64,000 nucleotides of DNA from Ascidiella aspersa (lineage: Eukaryota), in the NCBI GenBank assembly GCA_963924565.1, contig OZ004607.1, positions 2,170,001-2,234,000 on the forward strand. The letters run 5' to 3'. The notes under the pieces are model-generated. The model saw only the letters and a program-made list of their open reading frames with translations, ran no database searches and had not been told where the DNA came from. Made by a program: the position numbers and the translations under genes. The number at the start of each line of letters is the position of its first letter. Position 1 is the stretch's first letter. Below are positions 35,540 through 49,645 of this stretch, piece by piece.

Positions 35540-35860
35540 CAGTCCAATCGACGATTGTTTCGTCACAAGCGCCCGCCATTGTTCTCGCCGCGCGCTTCGG
35601 GTGCTTCCCCAACCGCAAAATCGCGTCGCGTCGAGCGTTTTGTCAGACGTAACCGCGATTTTTCGCGATTTTAGGACCTGACCTGGTGATTAATGGACGC
35701 CGGTAACTGACACGGAGCGTCTCAAGGTCACCGCCTTCGCTCAAGGACACACCACGTGGTCGTTTGTCTTTTGTTCGCTCGAGGGAGAAAATCCGACTTT
35801 TCTGTGGTTTTAAAGTATTTTTTGTATTTTTTATTTCGTTGCGGCATTGTTTGGGCCACA
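35540..35860. promoter_or_regulatory. CpG-rich promoter/enhancer-like island
   Basis: High CpG density; CCAAT ~35545; CCGCCATT; TTTCGCG; TCAAGGTCA 35722-35730 and TCAAGGACA 35741-35749; CACGTG. Motif evidence only. Confidence 0.35.
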
Positions 35861-38800
35861 ATTGTAAAGCGTAACACGTTTTATCGATAAAATTGGTTAA
35901 AAATTAAGAGTTTTGTGTTAAAGGGTTGAGTTTTCGAAGAATTTACTGTAACGAACAATGGCATTTTACACACTTTAAATACTAGAAAAACTAAAACTTT
36001 GCAGTCCTTAATCTTGCGAAAAAGTTGGAATGTTTTTTCAAACATTTATTTTTTATTTTTATGTTTTAAAAATATTTAATGTTTTACAAAATATAACTTT
36101 TTGGCCCTTTTAAAGTTTTCTCACTCTGGTGTGTATCGTTTTAATAATTACTGATCAACCGGAATATAACGCGCATTCGGTTTCTTTCTAAATGCCATAT
36201 TAAACTGCACAATGCACATTCGTGGAAGAAAATTAAAAAAATAGGATCACAGAAATCTTAACTTTCCTACGTTTTAACTACAAATGACCAGCCAAACTAC
36301 TGATAACATACATAAACGCAAAATACTATTTCTAAACATTCCCGGAATCGGCCTACAAAACACCTACGCATTTTAGTTAAAATCTCATACCGAAAATAGG
36401 AAGCACAAAATAAAACATTCTTCAGATCATCACTTTATGTTCTCCAAAAAAATTTGTACCTAGTTTAGAAAACAGTGCGAAAATCGGATTTAAGTTGTTA
36501 AACGACGTAAATAGAAAGAAGAAAAGTCTTAAACTCAAACGCAGCTTAAAAGACTAAATTAACTTTCTATGCGAATAGCGACTTAAACTCCTTAAATAGG
36601 GCGCTCTATATAACCTACAAGTCATGGTTTTGCGTTGACTCAAACTTATTTTCATTCATTTTTAGGCAGAGGCGCTCCCAAAGGGAAACGTGACCGTGTA
36701 TCCATCACATTAAACTGTATTTTTTAGTTTAACTACGTAAATACAAAAAAAAATCAAATGCAACTTTAGTATTGAAATGAGCACCTCACCAACCTAAAAG
36801 TTTAACAAAATGAACGGACCGCGTTCTATACGACGTCATAAGTAACGTCGTGACGTCACGTTTGAAATTGCTTTCTGACGTCGCGTTGTGGTGAACTTTG
36901 TAATTTCTAAATTTTTTTGGTGTCCCCCAAACAAAACATTTGGACCCACAAATGTTATTACGATATGTAGTTAATCCTAGAAAACATTTACTTTCTCATC
37001 ACAGGAAAAAACATATATCAGCCAACCTTTTATCAATGAAAGCAATTCTCAGGCTACTTTCGTGGAATTGTCCGTAATAACCTCGACACCCCTACTTACC
37101 GGTCATTGATCAAAGCGCGAAAACGCCCAATTGCAGTTGGTCAATAAGATGCATCAAACGCAAGCAATTGAGTTACGTTATTCACTTCTCAACCGGTAAT
37201 TTCGCGCGGGTATTTCCCACAGTTAATCCCGCTTCGATTGCTCAAAGGTCAGGGGTCATCTCTGCTTCGGGTGCAAGGTTGCTTCCGCCCTCTAGGAAAG
37301 GGTACTCGGGGTCACCGCTGTGGTCGCTTGACCCCGAGTAACCCCGACGTGCCGTTCTCTCCTGAGATGTCGGAATGTTGTGACTGTCGGGGTTTGATTG
37401 CAGAGATTAACCTAATCCTTTTGTTGCTGTAGACCGGTGCTGGGCCAGACATGCAGGTGTGGGTTTCAAATTGTATGTGAAGGGGAATTGACATGGAGAA
37501 TGCCGTTTGCAGGGGGTTGTTATACTTCTGGCACAAATGCTGACAGCAATACCTCATTATTTCAATATGATATAAATTGCGTTACCGTTTTATAAGTGAG
37601 TTTTGAATTCCAATCTCTTTAGGAAAACGTTATGTCGAAACGTTTTAATCAAGATGATGTCCATTTGCTCGACCTTCGAGATTCGTTAATAAGCTACATT
37701 ACAGATCCGTGCATAGTTTACCTAAATATGTTATATGTTGTAGAAAAGCCACTCAAATTTGCGTAATCCCCCCCAAAAAAGGTCAACCATGTTTGGCTCG
37801 TCGTCTGACGGAACTAAATAGTTAATTCCCCCAAATCCAAAACTATTAGAACTCAGAATGATAAGAATTGCCTTCCACTTTTCATAAGTGAGGTTCCATA
37901 TATTTTAGTGACATTAGCTGATGTTGATACAAGTGCATATCAAACTGTCTCGATCAAGATATTGTCGATTTTTTCGACCTTTTTTGCGCTCTGATGCATT
38001 ATCAAGTTAAAAAAGTTTTTATATTTAGTTTAAATCTTATAAATCACAGATTGATAAACTATAATGACATATTTAACAAGTATAAATTATTAATATAAAA
38101 GGGGTTAGTTTTGTAGATAAAGAGCTTTTCAAAAACAACAAAGCAAAATAAAAGATGGTCTTGTTTTTTTGGAGATATTGTGCGATTGTTCATATGTTAT
38201 GGTCACTAACATTTTAGCGTTACAATTCGCCGCTGAACTTTTGACCCGGTGGAGTTTATTACGTCACAACAGGTTGAATGTTGCCTAAACAATGATTCGC
38301 TATTCGTCTTACGTCGTGACTGGAATTTTGTTTCCACCAACTGCAGAACATTATACGCCGTTGGGAGGTTTTCGTGTTGCCTGAAATCAATACATTTAAC
38401 TATTTTAGTCTCACGGAAAATGTTGGAGCATAATGGTCGGAGGTTGTAGTGAGACGTACTTAAAATAACAAAGCCCATACAGAAGTATACGTAGCATTTT
38501 GAACGCTTAGGATAACTGTTATGAATAAAGATTGATTCGAAAAATTCAAAATGATACCTATTGTGTATGGGCTTTGATTTCAAGATTGCTTAATAAAATT
38601 TAGCTTTGTTTTTCACAAGAAAGCAAAAAAGGAACATATATAGACACAAAAACACAAACTCCCACACAAAAGCAAGGTTGCAAGTCTTAGTAGGACTTGG
38701 GACTCGATTAAAACCTCGTATGATTACTAAAGTCCCGAGTACGAGATTTGTGAAAGAATAAGCTGCGACGTGCGCAAGGCCACAAACTGTAAATTGCAAT

Positions 38801-38918
38801 AGTGGAATAACATATGGTTGAATATTTCCCAACCGTATTGTGAGTACGATAACCATATAAGTGGATTGGTGAAAAAAAAAATCCACCGTATTTAGTTTCA
38901 GAAACAAGCAAAGTTCGG

Positions 38919-39047
38919 AAAAAGATACAGCAAAGAAGAAACAAAAAAAAAGATACAGCAAAAAAGAAACAAAAAAAAAGATACAGCAAAGAAGAAACAA
39001 AAAAAAAGATACAGCAAAGAAGAAACAAAAAAAAAGATACAGCAAAA
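38919..39047. repeat. Minisatellite, ~28-bp unit GATACAGCAAAGAAGAAACAAAAAAAAA x4.5
   Basis: Directly visible tandem array. Confidence 0.92.
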
Positions 39048-40425
39048 GTAAGGTATTGATGAATATGGAGTTTGCATGCAATTGGTTTTGTCTTTTAGAA
39101 ATGCTAACTTCAGATTATATCACAAATAGTTACGCCAGTGTTTGCTTGGGCATCATATAAAACATTTTATAACAAAAACTGGGCTATAGGTCTTCAGAGG
39201 GTTATATCATTACAGTAAGACACGATAAGAGTTTTGCCTACCCAGAAAATAGTAACCCTGGAAAATGACCCAAAACTAGTTGTTTATTTTAGATCCAAGA
39301 GAACTTTGAAGTTGCCGCAATCTCCAATTGCAAATTGCAACAGACTCCGTGCGTACCCTTTATATATTTTTGCATGGGTAGGGGTTTAGGGGGTCACGGG
39401 GGCCGGAAGTACTCGTGCGCTCGGTTTGTGTTGCAACCACCCCCTGATTTCCCATGGATTGATGATGGTGTCAAGTTACCCCCGCTCTCGACCCCACAAA
39501 GCCCCCGTAAGGACCCCTGTCAGTTGCCAGTGTTTGGACCCCAAACCCCGCTGCTTGTACCTAAACAGGGAATCCGGGCGATCGTTTCTCTAACTCGAAT
39601 CGCCTGAAATGTGGGGAATGTGATTTGGAAATAATGGCACTGGTCTAGAATGCTACCACATTTTCGTCTGGGGGTTGAAGTTTTAAGAATATTTTTTTCA
39701 ATGTGTACACATCTATCTTTGCATTGTGTGGACATGACTGTTAATTGTTGTAGTTTTAAACAACAAAAAATAATAAACTGCTAATAAAGTGTGCTAAAAA
39801 TGCTTTTCTAACCGATTAAAAAAACTACGTGTATTCATCTAAATACTGTAACTACCACATTTTTAGCTGGGGGGTTATAAAAATGAGGTAATAAAAAGTG
39901 CTAATTTTTAGCGTTCTGCTTAACAATTATCGCATGACGGGTTTAAATGTATAGCTGCAAAAAGCTGTTTGAGGAGATCACTTATAAATTTGAACTCGCA
40001 ATAATAATAGAGTTAGTCAGACTGGGGATTTTTAGCATATCTTTATCGGGCATTCCGTTGAGAAACATATTTTGAAGCAAATAGCAAGCAATATTTAGAC
40101 AAAACATAGCCGACGTGATAAAATGTTCATTTTTTAGCCAAACAAGAGATGATTTATCGGAGGTTTGTTTTCTTATCAGTAACATATTTTAAAGCCAATT
40201 TATTCTTCTAAAGTACGACAACCTGTCTCGTTTTTCACCCGACCGCGGCTCATGTGCTTCACTTGTAAACAGCTTGTAACCCAAGCCACTTGTTTGCCAT
40301 TCCACTTGGCTAAGTTCGAGGTGTTTCGCTCAGGTTTATTTAGCACGGTTCGCGTCCAATTAGGATTTAGATTTGTGAGCTATTTCGAAGGAATTCGCCC
40401 GAAACAGACCAAATGTATCGTTAAC

Positions 40426-40787
40426 CAGTGTTGTAAATAAGTCATTTGGAACAGACTAAAGTCCAAGTTAAATATTTTGCAGAAAAATGTCTATAGTCAA
40501 GTCCCAGTCCAAGCGAAAAGTTACACAAGTCAAGTTCCATTCAAGCCATTATCAAAGCAAGTTAACTCCAAGTCAATTGATTGATATAACAAAAAAACTC
40601 GTAGAATTACGAGCAATAACTCAAGGTAAAAAATAACAAAAAAACCGACATATATTGTTTTACAAGCAAACATAAAGATAAGTAACCCGATTTTATACAA
40701 AAATATTAATCGAAACATCTTACGAATCAAGTCACTATTGTTTAAAACATTTAAGTCAAATCAAGTCATTTTACCAAAGCGACTTGG
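40426..40787 (+). mobile_element. MITE fragment with AAGTC/GACTT subterminal repeats (complementary fragment ~28318-28490)
   Basis: CAGTGTT terminus followed by many CAAGTC motifs. No TSD found. Confidence 0.5.
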
Positions 40788-40934
40788 AGGCATATTTCCC
40801 AGCATATACCTCGTATTCAATGAAGAATTATCAGCAAATATCATTAGGCAATGTAAAAAAACCACAGAAACTCGATTGGCAGACGCGGCATTTTTTATAA
40901 CAGCATGCATGTTGTTTTGTTTTTGTTGAACAAA

Positions 40935-41275
40935 AACAGCATTTTTGCAACGCTTGTATAGCAACTCCCTAAATTTCAACCAAATGCCCTTTAAAGCCTG
41001 TCAAATTTTTACAGAACATTACTAACGGCTTGATGACAAACAGCAGATTTTTAAATGTGTTTTTTGTCGTTTTAAAACCAGGCAGCATTCTTGCAACGCT
41101 GGATTAAAATTCTCTAAATTTCAACCAGACACCGCACAAATATTGTTTGAATTTTGCAGAACATTACTAACGACTTGATGACAGAAAGCACATTTTGAAA
41201 TATTTTATATCGTTTTAAAGCAAAGTAGCAGCTTTGCAACGCTTGTTTAAAAATTCCCCAAATTTCAACCAAACT
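40935..41275. repeat. Degenerate tandem repeat, ~145-bp period, ~2.5 copies
   Basis: TTGCAACGCT.G...AAATTTCAACCA occurs three times; CAGAACATTACTAACG.CTTGATGACA twice. Confidence 0.75.
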
Positions 41276-41402
41276 TCTCACAAAGGCGCATCAAAAACCC
41301 TAGAGTTGACGCTGGCAACTTCCTCGTTTATTTTGGCAGCGAAAAAGCGAGGTTGCTGCCAGCCGATGTTGTTGGTCTAACATTGCTTCAATGCTTGCCA
41401 AC

Positions 41403-42225
41403 TTTAACACAAGAACGTCGCACTGCGCTGCTGGCATTTATAGGTTGCATTGTACCGCAGTGTGTTTTGGGTGTAGGTGACATTGGTGTCGATTTACGAT
41501 CTTGACTATTTTAGATTTTCAGGTATTTTTTATATTGATTATAACTGGCTGAAAACAATGATAGCCAAAAGTCGAAAACTGGGCTAATTTTGGTGCTCCA
41601 AAAATAATAAATATAAAACTTGCTGTTTCACAATTTCTTTCGTTTAACATTGCAAGCTAAATTCGAGATTTAGAATCAGACAGATTCGACTACACACAAA
41701 GATTTATAAAACAATGATAATAGATAAGAAATTTTTGTCAACCCTTCGGTAAAATCAATTGTAAAAAGGCCATTACACAGAGCCAAGTTGCAGCATTTAA
41801 CACAAGTACTTCGCACTGTGCTGCTGGCATTTATAGGTTGCATTGTACCGCGGTGTGTTTTGGGTGTAGGTGACATTGGCGTCATTTTACGATCGGACTA
41901 TTTTAGGTTTTCAGGTATTTTTTCCAAAGCTTATCACGTAAAGTGGGATATAGGTCACGATTCGACTTCAAGAAACAGTATGCAGTCTCGTTATACTAAA
42001 TTTGCGAAGATTTAAATGTTTTTTTTTCCGTAACGATAGCTGAAAACAATGCTACCCAAAAATTATAAAATTGGGCTAATTTTGAGGCTTGAATAATAAA
42101 TCTGAAACCTACAGTTTAACAATTTTTCAGAAGACAAATACGGCTACCAACAAACATGAATAATAATGTCATTCTAGGTATGCAATCTTTTGACAAGCCT
42201 TCGGTAAAATCAATGTTAAAAAACG
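41403..42225. repeat. Tandem duplication, period ~393 bp
   Basis: CTGCTGGCATTTATAGGTTGCATTGTACCGC.GTGTGTTTTGGGTGTAGGTGACATTGG at ~41428 and ~41821; CCTTCGGTAAAATCAAT occurs twice. Confidence 0.85.
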
Positions 42226-45200
42226 GCATCGATGGCTTTTCTTTTTTTAATGCACAAATTGTTTTACGTAGCATCATTTAACCGCCAGCTTGTTATGTAA
42301 AATCCTGGAACATTGATCGTTTGCTGTTTTGCAAGAAATACCGCGTTAAAGTTGGGAGAAGCGATCCAAATATTCGGGCGCCAAGAAATGTCGGAAATTA
42401 AGTGCAATTATGAAGTGGTTTTGCGGATATTAATAATCCACTCCAGCCGTTCTCCCACGCTTGAAGGTATTTTCTGTATGTCTCCAAATTGAATAAAGGA
42501 TTGTCAAAAACGCTTATTACACAGACAACACACATACACGCATTTATTTTAATACCAATTGCGCACAAGGGGATTTGAAATTTTTGCAGTAGAAATCAAT
42601 TTAATGTAACTTTAGAGCAGCGACATTTTCGCCAAAAAAAGACAAAAAAGATATAATATTTGTAAATTAATATAAAAAACAAAGGAAAAATGTGTATTCC
42701 CCAAATAAAACAAGATAAGGAATAGTGCTACTTTTATATGGGCTTTGATATGCTGTTACGTATAACTAAAACCTCCAGCAATTCTGCCCCAAGTTAAGAA
42801 AAAAGTTTTAATAACCCGATTTTGTCAGTGAAGTGCCAGACTTGTGTTTGCAAGCTTTGTGGGATTTTGACATACTTACACTCTTTAAATTAGCGCTTTC
42901 TTTATTTATAATCACCTGCTACGGTCAAATAGCGATAAAAATATGCGGAAGTATTTATATCCACGGTTTTCCATCAGTGGTTAATATCCACTTTGTGGCT
43001 TCACTGCAATGTGCTTGGGACACACAGAAGCATTGTAACCGTTGAGCTTAACCCGCTAATAACTGCTTATCTCTTGCGCAATAAAAATACTGCGCGTCAA
43101 AAATAGGTTTGATGCTCTGCTATTTATAATTAGACAAACGGCAAATTAAACAAAAACTTGTGATTGACATTTAAGCGTTATTTGACAGCTGAATATGGTT
43201 TAGAAATGAACTGTTCACCTGCTCTGGAAACCACAGGCATCCACAAAAAATCAAAATATCTCATTTGGATGCGCAATTTTTCCCGTTCCATGCTAAAAGG
43301 GCAAGAGTTGATTGAAAATACCTGAAGTCAATAGAGTTGTTATATCTAGTTTTCAAAATGCTAACTTAAACGTTATGCTGCTAGCAAATACTTGTATAAA
43401 ATTACTTAACAAAGATACAAAGTCAACTATAAGCCTACCACTTATTTTATTTTATGACATTTATTAGTAGCAAGATGTTTATAGTTTTATTTCCCCTCTA
43501 GGCCTCAACTGCGTTGTCCTGGACATCTATTAAAATCCCGATTAATCTTGCTTTAACACGTCAATTACGAAACATGTTCTTGTATTCTACTAAAGACATC
43601 ATGTTAGCAGGGGCGGATTCAGAGGGGAACGTCGGGCCATTTCCCCTCTCTAACTACATTTTTTGCTAAACTTTTTCACGCTTAGCGCCAACTTTTGTTC
43701 GTTTTTACTACGTTTAGAACGTTTTAAGAAATCTATTAAGACCAAAGTTAATAAGACGAAATAAAATGACAAGCGACGTCGTGTGGACTCATCAACTCTA
43801 TAAAGTGCAAACTTTTGTGAAATTAACTATAAACGCAGTTATTTCGGGCAATATGCCAATCTCTTTTATGGTCCTAATGCCTAACGTTACTGGATTAAGC
43901 TGCAATTTGCAAACGAGTTAACTCGCGAAAAACAAGTGCTTTTTAAGTTGTTTATGACGTAACTTTGTGACGTCATTCCTAACATTTTCTAGGCCCCAAC
44001 AAACAAAAAGTCTTTTGCTTTTAGTAGAATATTTACTTCCCTTGAGAACCCAATATATGCTAGCTTGGAGATAATTCAGTTCCTTATGGGAAAGATGTGA
44101 TGAACCTTATATTTGAGTTCGCCGCGGCAAATCGTTTTTAGTAAAACCCCTTATAGCTACGTCACTATTTGATTGGGGTAAGCCAAAATAAACGTCTCAA
44201 GCTAAATCAACGTCGCCGCTCCTAAATCAAAGTTTGCCCTGCGTTCGCTCGACAAAAAAACTTATAGGAAAGTTGTCTATTGCAAACGTGTTTGTCGCCT
44301 CGTCCCAGACTCCAGCCCAGTTATTTAGGTTAAGCCTACAAAGTGGTTTGGCTGGCCGGACCCCAACATTACAGGGTTGTGAGAATAGCTTGTTCAGACG
44401 CCTTTCGAGCTTTCCGCCGTCGCATTTTCTCGAGAGCCACTTTGCAAAACAGCTGACGTAACGTGATGCGACGCATGTTAAAACTATAGTGTTGTTGCGT
44501 ATGAATTGGTAAAAAAACTTACAGCGATTTTCTATTGTTTTTTTGTGTGTTTTGTTAGTCATTTCCGTTGCTCTTCTTTGAGAAAATACGGCGGAAAGCT
44601 TTTTTCTGCTTCCTCGCTGTATTTTTCTCAAGGAAAGCACAGAAAATTGATCAAAAATGGCACAAAACGAAAACACCAGCAAAGCGTAAAATACTTTCAA
44701 ATTAAATTCTGTTTGTTGTATTTGGTTAAACACAACAAGGGCAGTATTTAACGACAATCCGTTTCTCAGCTTTGCTTGTTTTCGTCGGTTTAACAATTTG
44801 ATTTTACTCAGAGTCACCTCCGAATCAACTAAACCTAAACAAAATATTTTTCGGTTATATAGGGTTTTAAACTTCCGTTTAGTTACTTTATGAAATCCGG
44901 CTTGGTTTGATTAACTACAAGTGCAAAAAAATACTCCGGCCTGCGTTTTAACAAAATCAAAAATATTAAAAAAATATTTTGACTTTTTGAACTATATTTT
45001 TCAAGGCCTGAGAAAAAAACACCTGAAATAAGGAAAATGTTCAAAAACAATGAAGAACATACGCCATTTTACTTTTGCATGTGGCAATAAATCGTTCACG
45101 AGTGTCTATTCTCACAAGTGGATAGCGGTTCCCGAAATGTGTTGCCATTTCAAGTTTGGGAGCTGCGACCATCAATTTCTGGATACGCCGCGTTTCCGAA

Positions 45201-48200
45201 GAAAGCTTTTAAAATTCCAAATTTGCAAATCACTTGCTTCAACGCTTGTAGTTGTTTTGAACCTAAATTAGAAAGCTTTTAATGGAATGCGTTTTCCAGC
45301 TCCCGATACGCTTTCTCCCAACCGTTTTATTCTATATTTAGGAATGATTACTTGCATGGAATAATTTGTATGTTTTCGGCAAAGACATGTTTTGAGGTTT
45401 TCAATGACACATTTTTAACGAATTTCATAATGCCATTATAAGCCAACTAACTACATTAAGCTCTCTGTGCCAAAATGGGCGCTATTGCAATTTAAACCGT
45501 AGACAGTATTAGAAAAAGTTTGACATTAAAAAATTGCTAAATTTTATTTTGTTAAAATCCTAATTTAAAGAGAATTAGACTTTTTAATGAAGACTTTATT
45601 GACTTTTTTTTTTATTTTATGAAAAGAAAAATAAAACTTTGATGTATAAAGCCCAATTTTAGCAAAACGTCGATCAAATTCGTTTGATGTCTGTTAATAG
45701 CTGCTCGAGAACACACGCCCATGCTTTTGAAAAGGTGAAATCCTCTTCTACTCCAGTCGACGACGCATAAGAGTCAACTTCCCATAAAACTAAATACAAA
45801 GGGGCAAATACTCCGCTCACAAAAGAGCCAACAAAAACACAAAAGGGGGCGTGTTGTCAAAAAAACAGGATTAAAAGCGTTTTTTGACTGAAATCTACCT
45901 TGTCATTCTTCCAAGGTCGCCGAAGGTCAAAAAAGGGATGGGCGTGCGCCTTCGGGGTGTCCTTAATAAAGCGGCGCCCATCTTTGAAGCCACCCTTAAG
46001 TTAGGTTGGGCCGACAGCTGAGAGGAGACTGTACAGCCTGTATTTCGTCATAATGCTCCCCGGTAATAATGGAGATCTGTGACGGTAATAATGCTGACTT
46101 TTGAATGATGCTCACTGGTACGAACCTGGACGGATTCTGGGCTTGTTCGACAAACCTTATAAGATAAAGGCTTTGTTTAGGACTATCCCACCCAGAAGTA
46201 CGCCTAACCCGACATATAAACAACAGCATTAAGCTAGGAGGGGTGCGTTAATTTTAAAACATAAAACAAACAACCACGCTACCGTGTTATGAGTTTATAG
46301 TTCAAAATCGCCTGAATAGAAGCCCATTAGGAGGCTCATGTGGATTAAAGCGTGAACAAAATTAGCTTTCATATCCGTCTAACAGGAAATTGGCTGAAGA
46401 TCATTAGAATCGTTGTGTTCACCGTAACAGTTTGTTTATAGAAAAACGATAGATTTCAAGGTTCACCCTGTCGATAATTGCTTTATCCAATAGCAGAGGG
46501 GTGGGTTTGCTGTTATTTATAGCTTAACACCTAGCACAGTTTCCCTATCTATTAAAATTAATCAACGCCATGAATTACAATTGCACATTTCGTAACTTTA
46601 GGTTTGGTGTTTTTCGAAATTAAACCGTTGCGAAAGATAAAAATCAAATTTTGTCCCAGCTAGTCTCGCTATGATCATTGTGACGTAATATGATGACGTC
46701 TAAAAAATGACGTCATTATTTTGATATGGCTTCCATCAAATCGTCTTCTGGTAAAACGCCTAATTGAAATTATCCCTATTTAACAATGTCACCAAAGAAA
46801 AACAATAATATTTATGTTTTTAACCGATTAATATCTCACATACCTGCGTGTTCATGTACAGCCGAGTGTTCAATAACAACAACAAGCTATTGCCCAGCAT
46901 CGGTCGCATTTTTACAAGTTGATTTACAAGCGATCGACCTTGGACTTTTGATTGCAAAGGTGTCAGAGTCGAGACAACAGCCATTGAAACAGCAGCATTA
47001 TGAGCCGATTGATTCGGTGCTGGTTTGGTTACCGGCCTCTTGACTCCGACACTTTTAATTGCCGGCTTAATGTGATCTGTAACGGCACACATGTCCAATT
47101 GTGATCGATCATCTTAAGTACTGATCCTTTGCTGAGTGATATAAGGTGGTGAAATGATACATCGCAGGTGATTGGTCCATACTTAATAAATATTTCATTT
47201 TTTTAAAGTTAAGGCATTTTTGCACTTTAGACGCCAAGACAGAGCTTAAGTATTTTCGTAAAGAAGTTTGAATTTTTGTGAATTAAACCAACGAAAATTT
47301 AATCATTAAAACCAAAATAAACTCAAAAGAGAAACCACCAGCCTAACGATATGTCAACAAAAGAAATGTCAGAATGGATAATAATCCTAAATGAAACAAT
47401 AACAATAGAGCATAATGATTTAAGGATTCTGTGAAACGTAATAGTAAGAATATCAAAGCACATAATTGATAGCATTTTGAACGTTTCGAATATCTCTTTA
47501 TTCATATTCCACATCCTGCTTGTGTTTGTTCCATGGTGGCTGACAATAAACTTTGGAATACAATAGTTGGAGGTTGTCGTTTAGACGCAGTATGAAAATC
47601 AAAACCCATACAAACAATAACAAGATTTTTTCACCAGATTTTCTCAGCATTATTATGTGATCCAATTACGGCGTGAAGAATTCAACAGCAATTAAAAGGC
47701 TGTAATCTTGCGTGAGAAACCATCAAGTGGCATATTTTCGTCAAAAGCGTGAAAATAACGAGGCAGTAATTTGCTTGATGCTGTCCAGGCATGTTATCAT
47801 GCCAAGTCGGCTCAAGACTTGCTTTTAAGAGGATATGTTGTTGCGAATAAGTCCTTGATTCGACTTGGCACTTACGCCAGTATATAGGCCATGCGTCACT
47901 GGAACAACTTTGGCTTCCAAATCTGTTATTAATTCGCCGAAATTGCCTTATATGCATAAAAATTGCAATGGGGGAAATCGTTGAAACGTGTTGAAACCGA
48001 GTGATGTAATGTTTTCGAAGATAAATTTCAATCAATGATGACGCTAATTTTTTTATTTCGAGGTGTGGTTTAACTAAAAGCACTTATATTAATGTGTGAC
48101 GCATTTCGCCTTGAAACGCTAAATGTTGTTCGAGGTTGGATAACAGCTATCTATAAAGCGACGTCATCCAGAAATGTTTAACTCAGACGTTAATAAGAAA

Positions 48201-48763
48201 AAAACATATATTAATAGTTTTTTATGTAGTCTTAGTAGTTAAAAAGGGAATGTTTTCGTGAATATTGCGGTTCAAACGTGCTTTTCATACTTGCGCCGTA
48301 TACGTATTAAATCACAAGGGCTGTGTTTCTTTTAATTTGTGTTATCGACACCCAATGTGCCTTTAAAATCAGATCGTGCATTCCTATTGAACCAACAAAG
48401 GGGAAACGAAGGGACATCAAACTCAAGAGCAAACCTAATAAGATTATTTAGATTTTAGAAGTTAATAAAAATGTGTACTGTTAATGACCAACATACTAAC
48501 TACTAAATACTTACCCTTATAAATATTTTTAAACCATTATTCAGCTGAAAAACAATTTATCTGTTATTATGGGGAGAAGGCGGTAATTAGCATACCTTTT
48601 GACACAATACAACATACACATAAAGCAAATCATGGTAACTCCATAAGGTGTCAATTTTGCTAGGTTAATATATTTTATTCGGTGCAACTTAGAAGCCAAC
48701 ATGCAAGCCATTCCTCTAAACCACTTTTGTCAGCGAAAGTGTGAGCTGTCAAGCACAGGTTAG

Positions 48764-49003
48764 CACGCAGACGGCCAGATTTCCAGGCCGTTTTAACATC
48801 AGCCGGCTCCTTTTTCCGTTACCTTTTAGTACCATTTTTATACAGTGGGGTTTAAAAATCCAACGCGTTTGAAAGGGCCACTGAAAATGGACAATTTTGA
48901 GAAATGTGGTTAAAAAAGCGTAACTCAAAACGGGGCCTTGCCTGTTTTGAAATAGCCAGAAAATCTGGCCGTTTAGTGCGCGAATCAGTTTTGCGGCGTG
49001 TGC
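48764..49003. mobile_element. Probable small MITE
   Basis: Inverted ACGGCCAGATTT / AAATCTGGCCGT and outer TA|GCAC...GTGC|TA ends. Confidence 0.4.
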
Positions 49004-49645
49004 TAAGTTAATCCTTCCGACAGGTCGACGCGATGGCATTTCAAAACATTCCACATTGGCAGCCTCGGGCTAAAGCAAGCCCTCTGGCTTATAACTCACT
49101 GTCAAAGCACTAACCAATATTATGCCTTGCCATGGTGCTCTATATGCCTCAACTGTCATAAAGTAGTTGTTGTGCTGCTGCATTGATTCTTAACCTGTGC
49201 GTAAAAAAGGGTAATTAATTGTTTTTTTTTTGTTGTTTTTTTAACGGGGGTAACTTTTGACTCAATTCAAAATGCTATATTTAATCGCTAAATACCAAAC
49301 TGAAGTAAGCATTTTTTGGAATTAGTAACATTTTACTGTCAAATCTGCACCAATTATTAGGTCATGTTTTATCTTTTCTGTGACAAGCTCTCTGAAAAAG
49401 ATATGAACCTTATTTCGCCACGCAAAATCGAGAATATTTTTCGTAAATTTTGGTTATAAAACGGGAAATGAATAAACACGATGATTTAACAGGCGATCGC
49501 GTACACATAAAGGTAATTTTAATGCATACAGAATTATAGGCCATAAACTAATCATATGTTTATCTGATTGTTATTACAAACCTATTTAGCAACAACACGC
49601 CTTCGGTAAGAATTTATTTAGTCAAAGTATAGTTATTGTATTACA

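Noticed and set aside
35594-37274. Exact 11-mer GCTTCGGGTGC at 35594 and 37264
   Set aside because: Too short to exceed chance in a window this size.
38919-39047. CRISPR-like regular ~28-bp repeats
   Set aside because: No unique spacers and no cas genes, in a eukaryotic context; this is a plain minisatellite.
38590-39081. 163-aa and 106-aa hydrophobic minus-strand ORFs
   Set aside because: They are translations of the A-rich minisatellite.
39633-39663. AATGGCACTGG resembling miR-183/miR-263
   Set aside because: No precursor hairpin. The near-identical sequence occurs inverted at 53391-53417 as a transposon terminus.
44227-44817. 196-aa minus-strand ORF
   Set aside because: Non-ATG start, no recognisable domain, composition typical of random AT-rich sequence, and no splice support.
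19900-46720. Paired TGACGTCA/TGACGTAA sites in AT-rich context (~19905, 36833, 43954, 46680) as CRE enhancers
   Set aside because: The same doublet occurs inside MITE interiors (1650-1670, 24980-25001), so these are probably repeat-derived.
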